Part shown: positions 17,346 through 26,032 of the stretch, piece by piece | Layout of the letters: each line of letters starts with the position of its first letter | Position numbering within the stretch: position 1 is the first letter of the stretch | DNA from: Microcoleaceae cyanobacterium | GTDB taxonomy: Bacteria > Cyanobacteriota > Cyanobacteriia > Cyanobacteriales > Microcoleaceae | Length of the DNA: 26,032 nt | Direction: 5' to 3' | NCBI GenBank assembly: GCA_051652765.1 | Contig: JBOFUV010000121.1 | Coordinates: 1-26,032, forward strand | Translations under genes and position numbers: made by a program | The notes under the pieces: model-generated | Databases searched by the model: none | Seen by the model: the letters and a program-made list of their open reading frames with translations, nothing else | Told to the model about the DNA's origin: nothing

Positions 17346-17700
17346 ATCTACGCTTAAATCCGGCACGTTACTTAATTGATCTATCCGCTGTCTGCGGGGA
17401 AATCCGGAGGAAATCAGAACTTTATCCCAGACCTGAAAGCTTGAGTGGCATGGTGAATTTCCGGGTCTTGAACTTCAAGGTCTTGAGGGATGCAAATGAA
17501 CCTAGGCTTAACTCAATCCAAAGGGGCGCATAAAACCTTGACAACTGTAGAACTGAGCACAATTCAGCTAGGTGTAATGGGAAACTTTGAATACCCTGAA
17601 TGAATTGAAGCCAAATCTATGGCTTTGAATTCAATTCATCTGTAATTCCAGGGAACCCGTTTGATACACTTTGAGAATGAAATTACAGCGAGGGTAAGGA

Positions 17701-19158
17701 ATGGCATCCATCCGCGAGTTACATCAACAGTTAGTCAAGAAAGAACGGTCTGCTCTAGAAATTGCACAAGAGGCTTTGAACCGGATTGAAACCCTAGAGC
17801 CAAAAGTCAACAGCTTTCTGTGTGTGACTGCGGAACAGGCACTAGAACAAGCCCGTCAGGTCGATGCCAAAATTGCTGCTGGGGAAAAGATTGACTGGCT
17901 CGCTGGGATTCCTATAGGAATTAAAGACAATTTATGCACGGTTGGAGTTCCCACGACTTGTGGATCTCGGATCTTAGAAAACTTTGTTCCTCCCTACGAA
18001 TCCACCGTGACCGAGAAATTGAAAGCGGCTGGGGCAGTCATGGTGGGGAAAACCAACCTGGATGAGTTTGCCATGGGGAGTTCAACGGAAAACTCAGCCT
18101 ATGGTCGCAGCAATAACCCTTGGGACTTAGAGCGAGTTCCGGGGGGGTCTTCGGGGGGTTCAGCCGCAGCTACGGCTGCCGAAGAATGTGTGGTTGCCCT
18201 GGGTTCGGACACGGGAGGTTCGATTCGTCAGCCTGCAGCCCTCTGTGGCGTAGTTGGCATGAAACCGACCTACGGGTTGGTGTCTCGCTATGGTTTGGTC
18301 GCCTATGCCTCTTCCTTAGACCAAATCGGGCCTTTTGCCCGAACGGTAGAAGATGCGGCAATTTTATTAAAGGCGATCGCTGGCTATGATCCCAGGGACT
18401 CCACCAGTCTCAAGGTTGAGATTCCGAATTACGTGTCGGATCTCAGGCCCACGTTAAGGCCGAAGAAAAAAATTCGGATTGGGGTGATTCAAGAAACCTT
18501 TGGCGAGGGGCTGGATTCTGTTGTTGAACAGGCGGTCATTAAAGCCGTGGATGTCTTGCAAGCCTTGGGGGCTGAGGTTCAAACGATCTCCTGTCCCCGA
18601 TTTCGCTATGGATTGCCAACTTACTATATTATTGCCCCTTCGGAAGCCTCAGCCAATTTAGCGCGTTATGACGGGGTAAAATACGGTTTCCGCAGTCTCG
18701 ACACCGATAACTTAGTCGAAATGTACAGTAAAACTCGGGCCGAGGGATTTGGAGCCGAGGTAAAACGCCGGATTATGGTGGGAACCTATACCCTCTCTGC
18801 CGGATATTATGATGCCTATTACATCAAGGCTCAGAAGGTACGCACCCTGATCAAACAAGATTTTGAGTCTGCCTTTGCCAGAGTGGACGTTCTGGTGAGC
18901 CCAACGTCTCCAACCACCGCCTTTAGAGCGGGAGAAAAAACGGCTGATCCCCTCAGTATGTATCTGTCAGATTTGATGACAATTCCTGTTAATCTAGCGG
19001 GTCTACCGGGAATTAGTATTCCCTGCGGCTTTGATCATCAGGGGCTTCCAATCGGACTGCAACTGATTGGCAATGTGCTCGGGGAAGCAAAATTGTTTGA
19101 AGTGGCCTATGCCTACGAACAGGCAACGGAGTGGCACAAAGCAAAACCAAAGCTTTAA
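17701..19158 (+). CDS. gatA: Asp/Glu-tRNA amidotransferase subunit A
   Basis: [60 protein letters not shown]. Confidence 0.98.
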   Translation: MASIRELHQQLVKKERSALEIAQEALNRIETLEPKVNSFLCVTAEQALEQARQVDAKIAAGEKIDWLAGIPIGIKDNLCTVGVPTTCGSRILENFVPPYESTVTEKLKAAGAVMVGKTNLDEFAMGSSTENSAYGRSNNPWDLERVPGGSSGGSAAATAAEECVVALGSDTGGSIRQPAALCGVVGMKPTYGLVSRYGLVAYASSLDQIGPFARTVEDAAILLKAIAGYDPRDSTSLKVEIPNYVSDLRPTLRPKKKIRIGVIQETFGEGLDSVVEQAVIKAVDVLQALGAEVQTISCPRFRYGLPTYYIIAPSEASANLARYDGVKYGFRSLDTDNLVEMYSKTRAEGFGAEVKRRIMVGTYTLSAGYYDAYYIKAQKVRTLIKQDFESAFARVDVLVSPTSPTTAFRAGEKTADPLSMYLSDLMTIPVNLAGLPGISIPCGFDHQGLPIGLQLIGNVLGEAKLFEVAYAYEQATEWHKAKPKL

Positions 19159-19214
19159 TTTGAGGCGGAGGAACAAACATTCTTGAGCTTGCGGGTCATC
19201 AGCTCCTTTAAGAT

Positions 19215-20507
19215 TTAGGATGCTTGAAAAAACCCTCCATCTCGATATTGAGTCAAAAACATCTGAAATTCAATCCAGGAAACTGGACGACTGATAAAGT
19301 ATCCCTGGGCTCCGTCGCAGTGATGTTGGCGGAGGAATTCAAGTTCAGCCTTGGTTTCAACTCCTTCCGCAATCACCTGAAGACCCAGTTGATGGGCCAT
19401 ATTGATCATTGCTTTGACAATGGCTTGATGCTTGTTATTCTGGTCAACATCTCGTACAAAGGATTGATCAATTTTTAAGGTGTTAAAGGGAAGGTGTTGT
19501 AAATAGCCGAGGGAAGAATAACCGGTGCCAAAATCATCAATGGAAATGTGGACTCCCAGGTTACTTAATTCGGTTAAGTTGCGAATGGCAATATCGATAT
19601 CTTTGACCAAAACACTCTCGGTCAGTTCCAAGTTAACGAATGGTAAGCTTAGTCCGGTGTCTCGAGCGATTTGGATCAGCCGTTGATTCATGTCTGGCCG
19701 ACTGAACTGATGCCCAGATAAATTCACGGCAATACTCATCGACTCAAACCCCAAGCGTTGCAGTAGCAGTGTTCTCTGGCAAACGGTTTTCAAGACCCAC
19801 TCGTCTAGTTCATAAATCAAACCGGTTGCTTCGGCGAGAGAAATGAAGACCGTGGGAGGAATCATCCCCTCTTCTGGGTGATACCACCGCAGTAATGCCT
19901 CAGCCCCAATAATTGCCCCTGTTTTTAGGTCGAGTTGAGGCTGATAATTGAGATGAAGCTGTTGATGAGCGATCGCCTGACGCAGCTTTGCCTCTATGCC
20001 AGATTGACCGAGTAGAGAGGTGGATGATTTCGACAAGGCGGGCTTGGGTTGCTGAGGGTGAGGGAGGCGGAACTGCATCTGGGTATTGAGTCGCTCTAGG
20101 GCAGACTGTTCAACGCGATAGCGGTTGAGGGCCGTCTCAATTGTTGCCCGCATATCCTGAGGCTTGAACGGTTTTAGCAGGTAACCATAGGGTTCTGTTT
20201 TCTTCGTGCGTTCTAGGGTTGTATCATCGCCATAGGCCGTCATGTACACCACCGGAATTTTGAACTGATTGTAGATTTGTCCCGCTGCTTCCACTCCATC
20301 CATATCTCCTTGCAGCATAATGTCCATCAAGATCATATCTGGACGAGCAGTTTTGGCCGTTTGAATGGCTTCTTCTCCAGAATCAACAATCGCAGTCACG
20401 CCGTAGCCAAATTTTTTCAGATTTTTGGCTACATTTTCAGCCACAATTAATTCATCTTCGACGATCATGACTTGAGTTGCTAGCGGTGGCATTACGGGGT
20501 GCATCAT
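19215..20507 (-). CDS. Response regulator receiver + EAL c-di-GMP phosphodiesterase
   Basis: REC (IVEDE, LMDIML, YLLKPF); EALLRW, ELTES, DDFGTGYSS, KIDQSF, EGVET and QGYF intact; no GGDEF domain. Confidence 0.93.
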   Translation of the reverse strand: MMHPVMPPLATQVMIVEDELIVAENVAKNLKKFGYGVTAIVDSGEEAIQTAKTARPDMILMDIMLQGDMDGVEAAGQIYNQFKIPVVYMTAYGDDTTLERTKKTEPYGYLLKPFKPQDMRATIETALNRYRVEQSALERLNTQMQFRLPHPQQPKPALSKSSTSLLGQSGIEAKLRQAIAHQQLHLNYQPQLDLKTGAIIGAEALLRWYHPEEGMIPPTVFISLAEATGLIYELDEWVLKTVCQRTLLLQRLGFESMSIAVNLSGHQFSRPDMNQRLIQIARDTGLSLPFVNLELTESVLVKDIDIAIRNLTELSNLGVHISIDDFGTGYSSLGYLQHLPFNTLKIDQSFVRDVDQNNKHQAIVKAMINMAHQLGLQVIAEGVETKAELEFLRQHHCDGAQGYFISRPVSWIEFQMFLTQYRDGGFFQAS

Positions 20508-21021
20508 ACTCTTCTCCCTAGATTAGATCACTTGAAAACAGCCGAGAAATCGTCAGAATCTACTTCCAGCGAATCCCTCGGAGTTAAATTGGCCCTCAAG
20601 CTTTCACGTTTTGAATGACACTTTTATTATTCCCTTTTACAGCAGCAAGTGCTTCATCCAATCGGGTCAACAAATGGATTGATTTTTTTTAACTCGTTGA
20701 GCCAATTTAAACTAAAACTATGGCTCAATAAAAATACTCAAACAATTTAGACTCATAGATGATGATGACAAAAATCTCGGTAAAAATCCCGTGAATCTTA
20801 GTGAAAATTTTGAGACTTTTCAATCAGACTTGAATTTTAGTCAAGAATTTATGGTTTTCACAGATCAAGGGATTAAGATAGAGGGCGATCGCTGTGTTAC
20901 TTTTTTGCAGGGGCAAGACGGATACAGGCAGGCCATATCTTCTTAGTCATTTCAAGATCATTCAAAAAATACAGTTCGCTTTAGATCGTTATCACTTTAG
21001 AGCATTATTACTGATCAGCAG

Positions 21022-21690
21022 ATGAGACCACCAAAAGATCAGCACGCACAAATTGAATATCTCAGTCAATTTGTTGAAGAGGTACGTCGGGATAGAATTA
21101 AGACTGTTTTAGAGCAGAGAACTCGGCAGATTACAGTTGTTTTAGAAGATCTTTATCAGTCGCAAAATGTGAGTGCCTGCCTCAGAAGTTGTGATTGTTT
21201 TGGAGTACAAGATGTTCATATTATTGAAAATCGTAACCTGTTTGATCTCAATCGAGAGATCAGTGTGGGGTCAGATCGTTGGTTAACTCTATATCGCTAT
21301 AGTCAGCCTAAGATTAATAATACTCAAGTTTGTATTGACCGATTGAAATCTCTGGGGTATCAAATTGTTGCAACAACTCCCCATGAACAAAAGATGACGC
21401 TTGAACAACTCTCAATGACTCCAAAGTCAGCCTTAATGTTTGGTACGGAACTCACAGGACTCTCTGAATTTGCCCAATCTCAAGCTGATTGTTTGGTATG
21501 GATTCCGATGTTTGGGTTTAGTGAAAGTTTGAATATTTCAGTGAGTGTTGCCTTGTGCTTATATGAACTGACTAAACGTTTACGAGAGTCAGCGATACAA
21601 TGGGCTTTGAGTGAGCCGGAGAAGCAGAATATTCAACTGAGTTGGCTTCGTCAATCTATTCAGGGAGGAGAACTTCTGTCGCAATCCTAA
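21022..21690 (+). CDS. trmH: SpoU/TrmH-family RNA 2'-O-methyltransferase (tRNA Gm18-like)
   Basis: VVLEDLYQSQNVSACLRSCDCFG, FGTELTG, IPMFGFSESLNISVS. Confidence 0.85.
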   Translation: MRPPKDQHAQIEYLSQFVEEVRRDRIKTVLEQRTRQITVVLEDLYQSQNVSACLRSCDCFGVQDVHIIENRNLFDLNREISVGSDRWLTLYRYSQPKINNTQVCIDRLKSLGYQIVATTPHEQKMTLEQLSMTPKSALMFGTELTGLSEFAQSQADCLVWIPMFGFSESLNISVSVALCLYELTKRLRESAIQWALSEPEKQNIQLSWLRQSIQGGELLSQS

Positions 21691-21776
21691 ATCAGTTACA
21701 GAGCAATGCCGTTAAATCTTGCTACCACTGCCAATGGGTTCGCGGCGATCGCCTCCCAGACTTTCCCTCCACATCT

Positions 21777-22160
21777 CTATCGGGCTGAGGCTCCAGCATA
21801 AGCTGCTTGCCACAGATTAAAGACGAGGTGTTCCGTGCAAAGATTCAGTGCCGTCACAAACACCCCATCTTCTGAGTCAATTGCCTCGGTAATCCAGGTT
21901 CCTGTCAGGCTAACTTCCAAGGTCTCAGCATCAGCAATACAGAGAGCGATCGCCTCAGAATTTTGGCACTCAATTGCTTCCTCCAGCAAGGCAACTGTGG
22001 GAAAGTGACGCGGCAATAAAAACCCTGCGGTACTGGGTTGAACGTAAACACGGCAACCCAGACGCATTGCTAGCTTGACTCGCATGGACACGATTTGCTC
22101 TGGAGCCTGAGTTAGACGCTCCATGTAGAACATATTTTCAGCGTAGGTCAACTTCAACAT
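21777..22160 (-). CDS. Alr0857-family protein
   Basis: MLKLTYAEN.FYMERL...RV.LAMR.G...VQPSTA.FLLP...EVSL.GTW...GVFVT; ATG at 22160. Confidence 0.8.
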   Translation of the reverse strand: MLKLTYAENMFYMERLTQAPEQIVSMRVKLAMRLGCRVYVQPSTAGFLLPRHFPTVALLEEAIECQNSEAIALCIADAETLEVSLTGTWITEAIDSEDGVFVTALNLCTEHLVFNLWQAAYAGASAR

Positions 22161-22344
22161 TGGTGATCCGTCCCCTTTCACCGGGTGTATACGATACTGT
22201 GAAATTCGGAATGCACTAAAGCTCCGAATCACTGAATTTTGGATTCCAAGTCTAATCTATCAATCGCTAGAGATCGGTTTCAGGGATTTCTCCTCTCCAA
22301 TTTAGGAATAGTCAATCTCCAATTCTGACCTCCTAAATCTCCTT

Positions 22345-22866
22345 CTAAATCTCTTCCTGATGTCCTCGCCAAAACTGTTCAGCAAAGGCTACCACTGGAT
22401 GTAACGGAGCTTTTGGGTTGGCTCGTAAAGCGATCCCAGCTTCCTCTGGGGTGCGGTTTCCTTTGTGGGCATTACACCGTTCGCAGGCTGCCACAACGTT
22501 GTCCCAGGTATGAGTCCCACCGCGAGATCGGGGCATGACGTGGTCAATGGTGAGATGCTTGGTCGTGCCACAATACTGACATTTGTGATGATCTCGACGC
22601 AGGATTTCTCGACGATTAACTGGGGGAACTTTCCAAAGTCGTTCATTGCCCGTCATGGTCAAACGGATATGTTCAGGGACATGCAACACTACACTGGGAG
22701 AATGAACGAGCCAGCCAGAACCCGCTGTTTCGCAGTCAAACGGCTCAGCCTTGCCAGTCACCAACAGGGCGATCGCCCGTTTAATATTAATCCGACTCAT
22801 GGGCAGATAGTTCTTTGAAAACACCACCACAGATTGCCTCAATATGTCAGTTGTACTGCTGGTCAC
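22345..22866 (-). CDS. HNH endonuclease (McrA-like, Zn-binding)
   Basis: RRDHHKCQYCG, LTIDHVMPRSRGG, WDNVVAACERCNAHKG; GGAGG upstream of the GTG start. Confidence 0.92.
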   Translation of the reverse strand: MTSSTTDILRQSVVVFSKNYLPMSRINIKRAIALLVTGKAEPFDCETAGSGWLVHSPSVVLHVPEHIRLTMTGNERLWKVPPVNRREILRRDHHKCQYCGTTKHLTIDHVMPRSRGGTHTWDNVVAACERCNAHKGNRTPEEAGIALRANPKAPLHPVVAFAEQFWRGHQEEI

Positions 22867-22914
22867 GGCATTCCTCCCCAGTTAATCGTCTTCTGTCTGG
22901 ACTGAATCACTACA

Positions 22915-22947
22915 AACCCCCGCTTCGAGAATTCTGAAGCGGGGGTT
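22915..22947 (-). terminator. Strong hairpin between the leader ORF and the HNH gene (putative attenuator terminator)
   Basis: Perfect 12-bp stem AACCCCCGCTTC / GAAGCGGGGGTT with a 9-nt loop; on the minus strand it ends in a short U-rich tail, GGGGGUUUGUAGU. Confidence 0.65.
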
Positions 22948-22970
22948 AGAAAAGGACTTAGCTTTTCTGA

Positions 22971-23291
22971 CTAGGTGGATACGGCCAGTTCATGGCTATC
23001 CCCCCCGCTGTGCAATCCTGAACTCAAAAGTGAATTCAAAACTAAATTCAAACTCTGTAAATTAACGAACTGCCAATCGAACCCTAAAATCGCTAATGGA
23101 TGAGTTTTGAGACTCCCTATCCTTAGCTTAATCCCTTGACTCCCAATCCCATAGCCACCCCGCTCAACCTCATGATCCGCCAGCACAGCTATTCTGCCCG
23201 ACCGGAACGCACTGAAGCCTCTAAATCTATGACGACTGAATGAAGATGTTAGGAGAATGGAGAGAAATGTCACGGGAAGGCTAAACCTCAC
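22971..23291 (-). CDS. Putative leader ORF upstream of HNH
   Basis: 106-codon open frame whose stop lies 23 nt before the hairpin; coding status unproven. Confidence 0.4.
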   Translation of the reverse strand: MRFSLPVTFLSILLTSSFSRHRFRGFSAFRSGRIAVLADHEVERGGYGIGSQGIKLRIGSLKTHPLAILGFDWQFVNLQSLNLVLNSLLSSGLHSGGDSHELAVST

Positions 23292-23319
23292 TTGATCAAT
23301 TTTGAATCTGACTTTGTTT

Positions 23320-23351
23320 ATACTACACTAAGTATTACAGCAATGTCTACT
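23320..23351. promoter_or_regulatory. Candidate RHH operator repeats in the divergent promoter
   Basis: ATACTACA (23320), GTATTACA (23332) and TGTCTACT (23344) at 12-bp spacing. Confidence 0.45.
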
Positions 23352-23370
23352 CTGAATGGAGGAAAAAGCC

Positions 23371-23706
23371 ATGTATACTTTACCCCGAACTTCGACCACT
23401 GAAATGGAAGTCACCAGCATCCGCTTGGAGAGAGAACTGAAGGAAAAACTGAAAGATCTAGCAAAAAACCAGGGTTATCAGGCCCTGATTCGAGATATTC
23501 TCTGGAATTATGTTCAGCAGAAATCAGGAGACTATCGACCTCAATTGTCCCGAGATGATATTCGGGCCAGCTTTTCGGCGATCGCGCAACAAGAAGAATG
23601 CTGTGTTCTGACTGGAAAAACGATTCAACTTCATGAACCGATGTTATTGGGCCTGACGTTCCAGGGGGAAATGGTTCCCCTCAGTGTGGGCAGTTTAAAC
23701 GATTAG
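23371..23706 (+). CDS. trcR: Ribbon-helix-helix regulator, probably the TrcR (All0854) orthologue
   Basis: MEVTSIRLERELKEKLKDLA..QGYQALIRDILWNYV RHH pattern; GGAGG 8 nt before ATG 23371; divergent from HNH plus an alr0857-like gene, as recalled for the Anabaena PCC 7120 all0854 locus. Confidence 0.7.
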   Translation: MYTLPRTSTTEMEVTSIRLERELKEKLKDLAKNQGYQALIRDILWNYVQQKSGDYRPQLSRDDIRASFSAIAQQEECCVLTGKTIQLHEPMLLGLTFQGEMVPLSVGSLND

Positions 23707-23750
23707 CGCTTCACCGCTTGTCATCGAGACAAGATTCCTCTATCTATCCT

Positions 23751-23820
23751 ACTTAATTCATCTGACTTAATTCATCTAACTCAATTCATTCAACTCAGCC
23801 CATCCAATTCAGCTCCCTGT
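23751..23820. repeat. Five progressively diverging 14-bp tandem repeats
   Basis: ACTTAATTCATCTG ACTTAATTCATCTA ACTCAATTCATTCA ACTCAGCCCATCCA ATTCAGCTCCCTGT. Confidence 0.75.
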
Positions 23821-23858
23821 GGAAATATTCACGATGAATGTCCTACAGGGAGATCTTC

Positions 23859-23886
23859 AGTGCTACACCGATTAGTGCTACACCGA
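23859..23886. repeat. 13-bp direct repeat with a 15-bp period
   Basis: AGTGCTACACCGA at 23859 and 23874. Confidence 0.8.
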
Positions 23887-23972
23887 GCTGATTCCAGAGC
23901 TAATTCAACTCTGCCAGGGCCACCTCTTTTAAGGCTAATAATATCAAATCCGTTTGAATAACCGCAGAAAAA

Positions 23973-24025
23973 GGGGGTTAAGGGGGCCAGCCCCCTTCGT
24001 AGAGGTGAAGCCTCCACACCTCCCC
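23973..24025. repeat. Degenerate GC-rich double-hairpin dispersed repeat after cpcF
   Basis: GGGGGTTAAGGGGGCCAGCCCCCTT...GAGGTGAAGCCTC...CTCCCC. Confidence 0.5.
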
Positions 24026-24037
24026 GATCACCGGCAA

Positions 24038-24667
24038 TCAGCGTAAAATCTTCTGTGCCAACTTTGCCCTCGCTTGAACAGCTAAACTCTCATCAGTTTC
24101 GAGGATTTGAACCAACCGTGCCAAAAGCTGTTCATACCAGGAGAAAGACTCAGCAGTAGAAGTTATTCCAAGTCCTTCCAATCCTGCCACTGCCGCATAT
24201 CGCACAATCCATTCTGGATCTTCCGAGGCTTTGAGTAACACTAGAAAAGTCCTCAATTGAGCACTGGCAACCTCAGGAGCAGGCAACTTTTCCCAACGAA
24301 TTGTCCCTAATCCACTAGCGGCGGCCCGACGCACACTCAAGGCAAAATCAGTTGCAGCAGCCTCTAACAAAACCTCCAAACTACGAGGGTCACCAATCCC
24401 AGACAAGGCTCGAATTGCCCAAGCCCTTGCTCCATAGTTGTATCCATCTAACTGCTCTAACAGGGAAGTCACCACGGGCTCCCCCAGGGCAATCAACCCA
24501 TCAACTGCCGCAACAGCAGCACCCGGATTGTTGTAGCCGAGAACCGTAATTAGCGTTGAAATAGCCTCTTCCGAATGAGCTTCAGCAAGAGCTTCTACTG
24601 CATCTAACAAGCCTTCTGCAGAATCAGCTTCTTCTACAGCACGAATCAGTTCAAGTATTTTCATCAA
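24038..24667 (-). CDS. cpcF: Phycocyanin alpha-subunit PCB lyase subunit CpcF
   Basis: LGYNNPGAAVAAVDGL, DGYNYGARAWA, DFALSVRRAAA, EWIVRYAA. Confidence 0.95.
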   Translation of the reverse strand: MMKILELIRAVEEADSAEGLLDAVEALAEAHSEEAISTLITVLGYNNPGAAVAAVDGLIALGEPVVTSLLEQLDGYNYGARAWAIRALSGIGDPRSLEVLLEAAATDFALSVRRAAASGLGTIRWEKLPAPEVASAQLRTFLVLLKASEDPEWIVRYAAVAGLEGLGITSTAESFSWYEQLLARLVQILETDESLAVQARAKLAQKILR

Positions 24668-24691
24668 AAGCTGAATGACTCATAACAGCAG

Positions 24692-25540
24692 TTATAACAG
24701 AGAATCCATCAAATTCATCACCTGAATCGCAGCTTCAGACAGCTCTAAATCAGACTGTTCAGAATGGTTCGTCGCGTGCAGGTGATGTTCTAAAATACCT
24801 CGCAAGGCAATCAGTTTCATACTGTTCTCAGCCAGCGTTTCAGAAATCGCGGTTGCAGCCGGGAGATAGCCAATGGCTCCCAAATCCATCAATGCTGAAC
24901 GCCGTAACTGTAGATCGGTGGCCTTCAACTCCTGGATTAATCGTTCGGCATAACTCGTTTCTCCAGTGAGCTGATACATGGCTCGCAAGGCCGCATATCG
25001 AACCCGAGGAACAGGATGTTCAGTAAAGGGAGCAACGTCGGCGATCACTTCCAGTGCCCGTAGGGTTCCTAGGGCCTCTAAAATTGCACCATAGGGCTGA
25101 ACCAAATGGGGTTTCCCCGGAACAGTTTGAGCGGCTTCAACCCCTCCAACCAACAAGTTTAACAACGCTGGAATACAGCTCTGATCTCCCAACATTTCTA
25201 GTGATTGAGCCGCTGATTCTCGGACATAGACATCCTCACACTCTAAGCACTTGACCAAGGCTGGAACCGCTCGTTGGTTCCCCAACTTACCCAAGGCTCT
25301 CGCTGCATTGCGCCGTAGGGGGTAACCTCCATCCTCTGTGCGATCAGACTCATCCTCTAAAGCAGCCATCAACGCTTCTACGGCTTCAGGTTTTGTAACC
25401 CTAAATCGCCCCAGCCACCAAGCGGCATAATAACGACGGCCCAATTCTTCATGGCGTAAATGGGCGATCGCCTGCTCTACGGTCAAAGACTCGCTGCCTT
25501 CAGGAATGTTGGGGGCAGATGCCTGATCAGAGAAATCCAT
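24692..25540 (-). CDS. cpcE: Phycocyanin alpha-subunit PCB lyase subunit CpcE
   Basis: RYYAAWWLGRFRV, DRTEDGGYPLRRNAARALGKLG, AENSMKLIAL, MDSLL. Confidence 0.96.
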   Translation of the reverse strand: MDFSDQASAPNIPEGSESLTVEQAIAHLRHEELGRRYYAAWWLGRFRVTKPEAVEALMAALEDESDRTEDGGYPLRRNAARALGKLGNQRAVPALVKCLECEDVYVRESAAQSLEMLGDQSCIPALLNLLVGGVEAAQTVPGKPHLVQPYGAILEALGTLRALEVIADVAPFTEHPVPRVRYAALRAMYQLTGETSYAERLIQELKATDLQLRRSALMDLGAIGYLPAATAISETLAENSMKLIALRGILEHHLHATNHSEQSDLELSEAAIQVMNLMDSLL

Positions 25541-25612
25541 TCAGTTCAATTGTCAATTCAGGTGTGAAGTCAGTTAAAAGTTAACCATAACCAATACCCA
25601 TCTCAAAACATA

Positions 25613-25671
25613 ACCCGAACCACCAAATCACCTTTGACTGTAGAAGCCAGTAGCGATTTGGCGTTCCGGGT
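25613..25671 (-). terminator. Long imperfect stem-loop after cpcA (terminator or 3' stabiliser)
   Basis: ACCCGAAC..CCAAATC pairs with GATTTGG.GTTCCGGGT, 17 nt after the cpcA stop. Confidence 0.55.
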
Positions 25672-25688
25672 CAGAACTCAGTAGCTAT

Positions 25689-26032
25689 CTAGCTGAGAGC
25701 GTTAATCGCATAGTCAAGGTAGGAGTTGGCTTCAACTGCCGCATCTCCACTCAGACCATGACTTGCCTTGATGTGCTTCAGGGCTTCGACGTACCAGCTT
25801 GGAGACAAATCAAAGGTGCGGTTGATTTCATCAATCCCTGCAACCAGATACTCATCCATGGGGCCAGTTCCGCCTGCAATCAGGCAGTAGGTTACCATGC
25901 GGAGGTAGTAACCGATGTCCCGAGCACACTTGTCCTTACCCCGTTGGTCAGCCGCATAGTTTGGCCCTTGCATTTGAGTGGTGTAGGGGAACTTGGAATA
26001 CACGGCTTGGGCTGCACCGCTGATTAGGCTGT
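25689..26032 (-). CDS. cpcA: C-phycocyanin alpha subunit (5' part outside the window)
   Basis: Frame open to the window edge: [16 protein letters not shown]...[14 protein letters not shown]...GGTGPMDEY...YAINALS. Confidence 0.97.
   Translation of the reverse strand, partial: SLISGAAQAVYSKFPYTTQMQGPNYAADQRGKDKCARDIGYYLRMVTYCLIAGGTGPMDEYLVAGIDEINRTFDLSPSWYVEALKHIKASHGLSGDAAVEANSYLDYAINALS

Larger units (their letters stand above)
404..25471. repeat. HIP1 octamers (GCGATCGC) dispersed across the window
   Basis: About 25 copies counted by eye, e.g. at 404, 4392, 7901 and 25464. Confidence 0.9.

Noticed and set aside
16700..17560. Complete IS630 element
   Set aside because: I found no DDE-domain frame, terminal inverted repeats or TA duplication.
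22161..22232. Extended N-terminus of the Alr0857-like ORF
   Set aside because: The family-typical start MLKLTY begins at ATG 22160.
22870..23300. tRNA genes near the TrcR-like gene, or an IscB/HEARO-type RNA-guided HNH
   Set aside because: No cloverleaf with a proper T-arm and acceptor stem was seen, and the HNH is short with no split RuvC. The structure fits attenuation better, though an Infernal search is needed to exclude a structured ncRNA.
23751..23890. CRISPR array
   Set aside because: The repeats are 13-14 bp, abutting, without unique spacers, and no cas genes are present.

Overview
Cyanobacterial chromosomal window: about 25 HIP1 GCGATCGC sites by eye, plus phycocyanin, chlI and cyanobacterial rnpB genes. 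The left end (1-4841, minus strand) is a probable defence operon: a PLD-nuclease/SF2 helicase fusion, then an antitoxin and PIN toxin, then a type IIG/Eco57I-like methyltransferase that runs off the window and is missing from the ORF track. The helicase carries a 99-bp palindromic repeat inserted in frame. An accessory patch follows (about 4900-7550) with a SAM methyltransferase, an internally deleted gene pair, an attC-like remnant, a PhyH dioxygenase and a DUF4278-like protein. The core-like part holds FHA-PBP1A, a CHASE2 adenylate cyclase, rnpB with a repeat-expanded P12, chlI-ruvC-hypothetical, a solitary M.SinI-like C5 methyltransferase (GGWCC is nearly absent from the window), a solitary IS630-type HTH, gatA, REC-EAL and a TrmH-like methyltransferase. 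A TrcR-like RHH regulator is divergent from a leader ORF-terminator-HNH-alr0857-like operon that looks like a translation-coupled attenuator. The window ends in cpcA-cpcE-cpcF. Family calls come from recognised motifs, not database searches.
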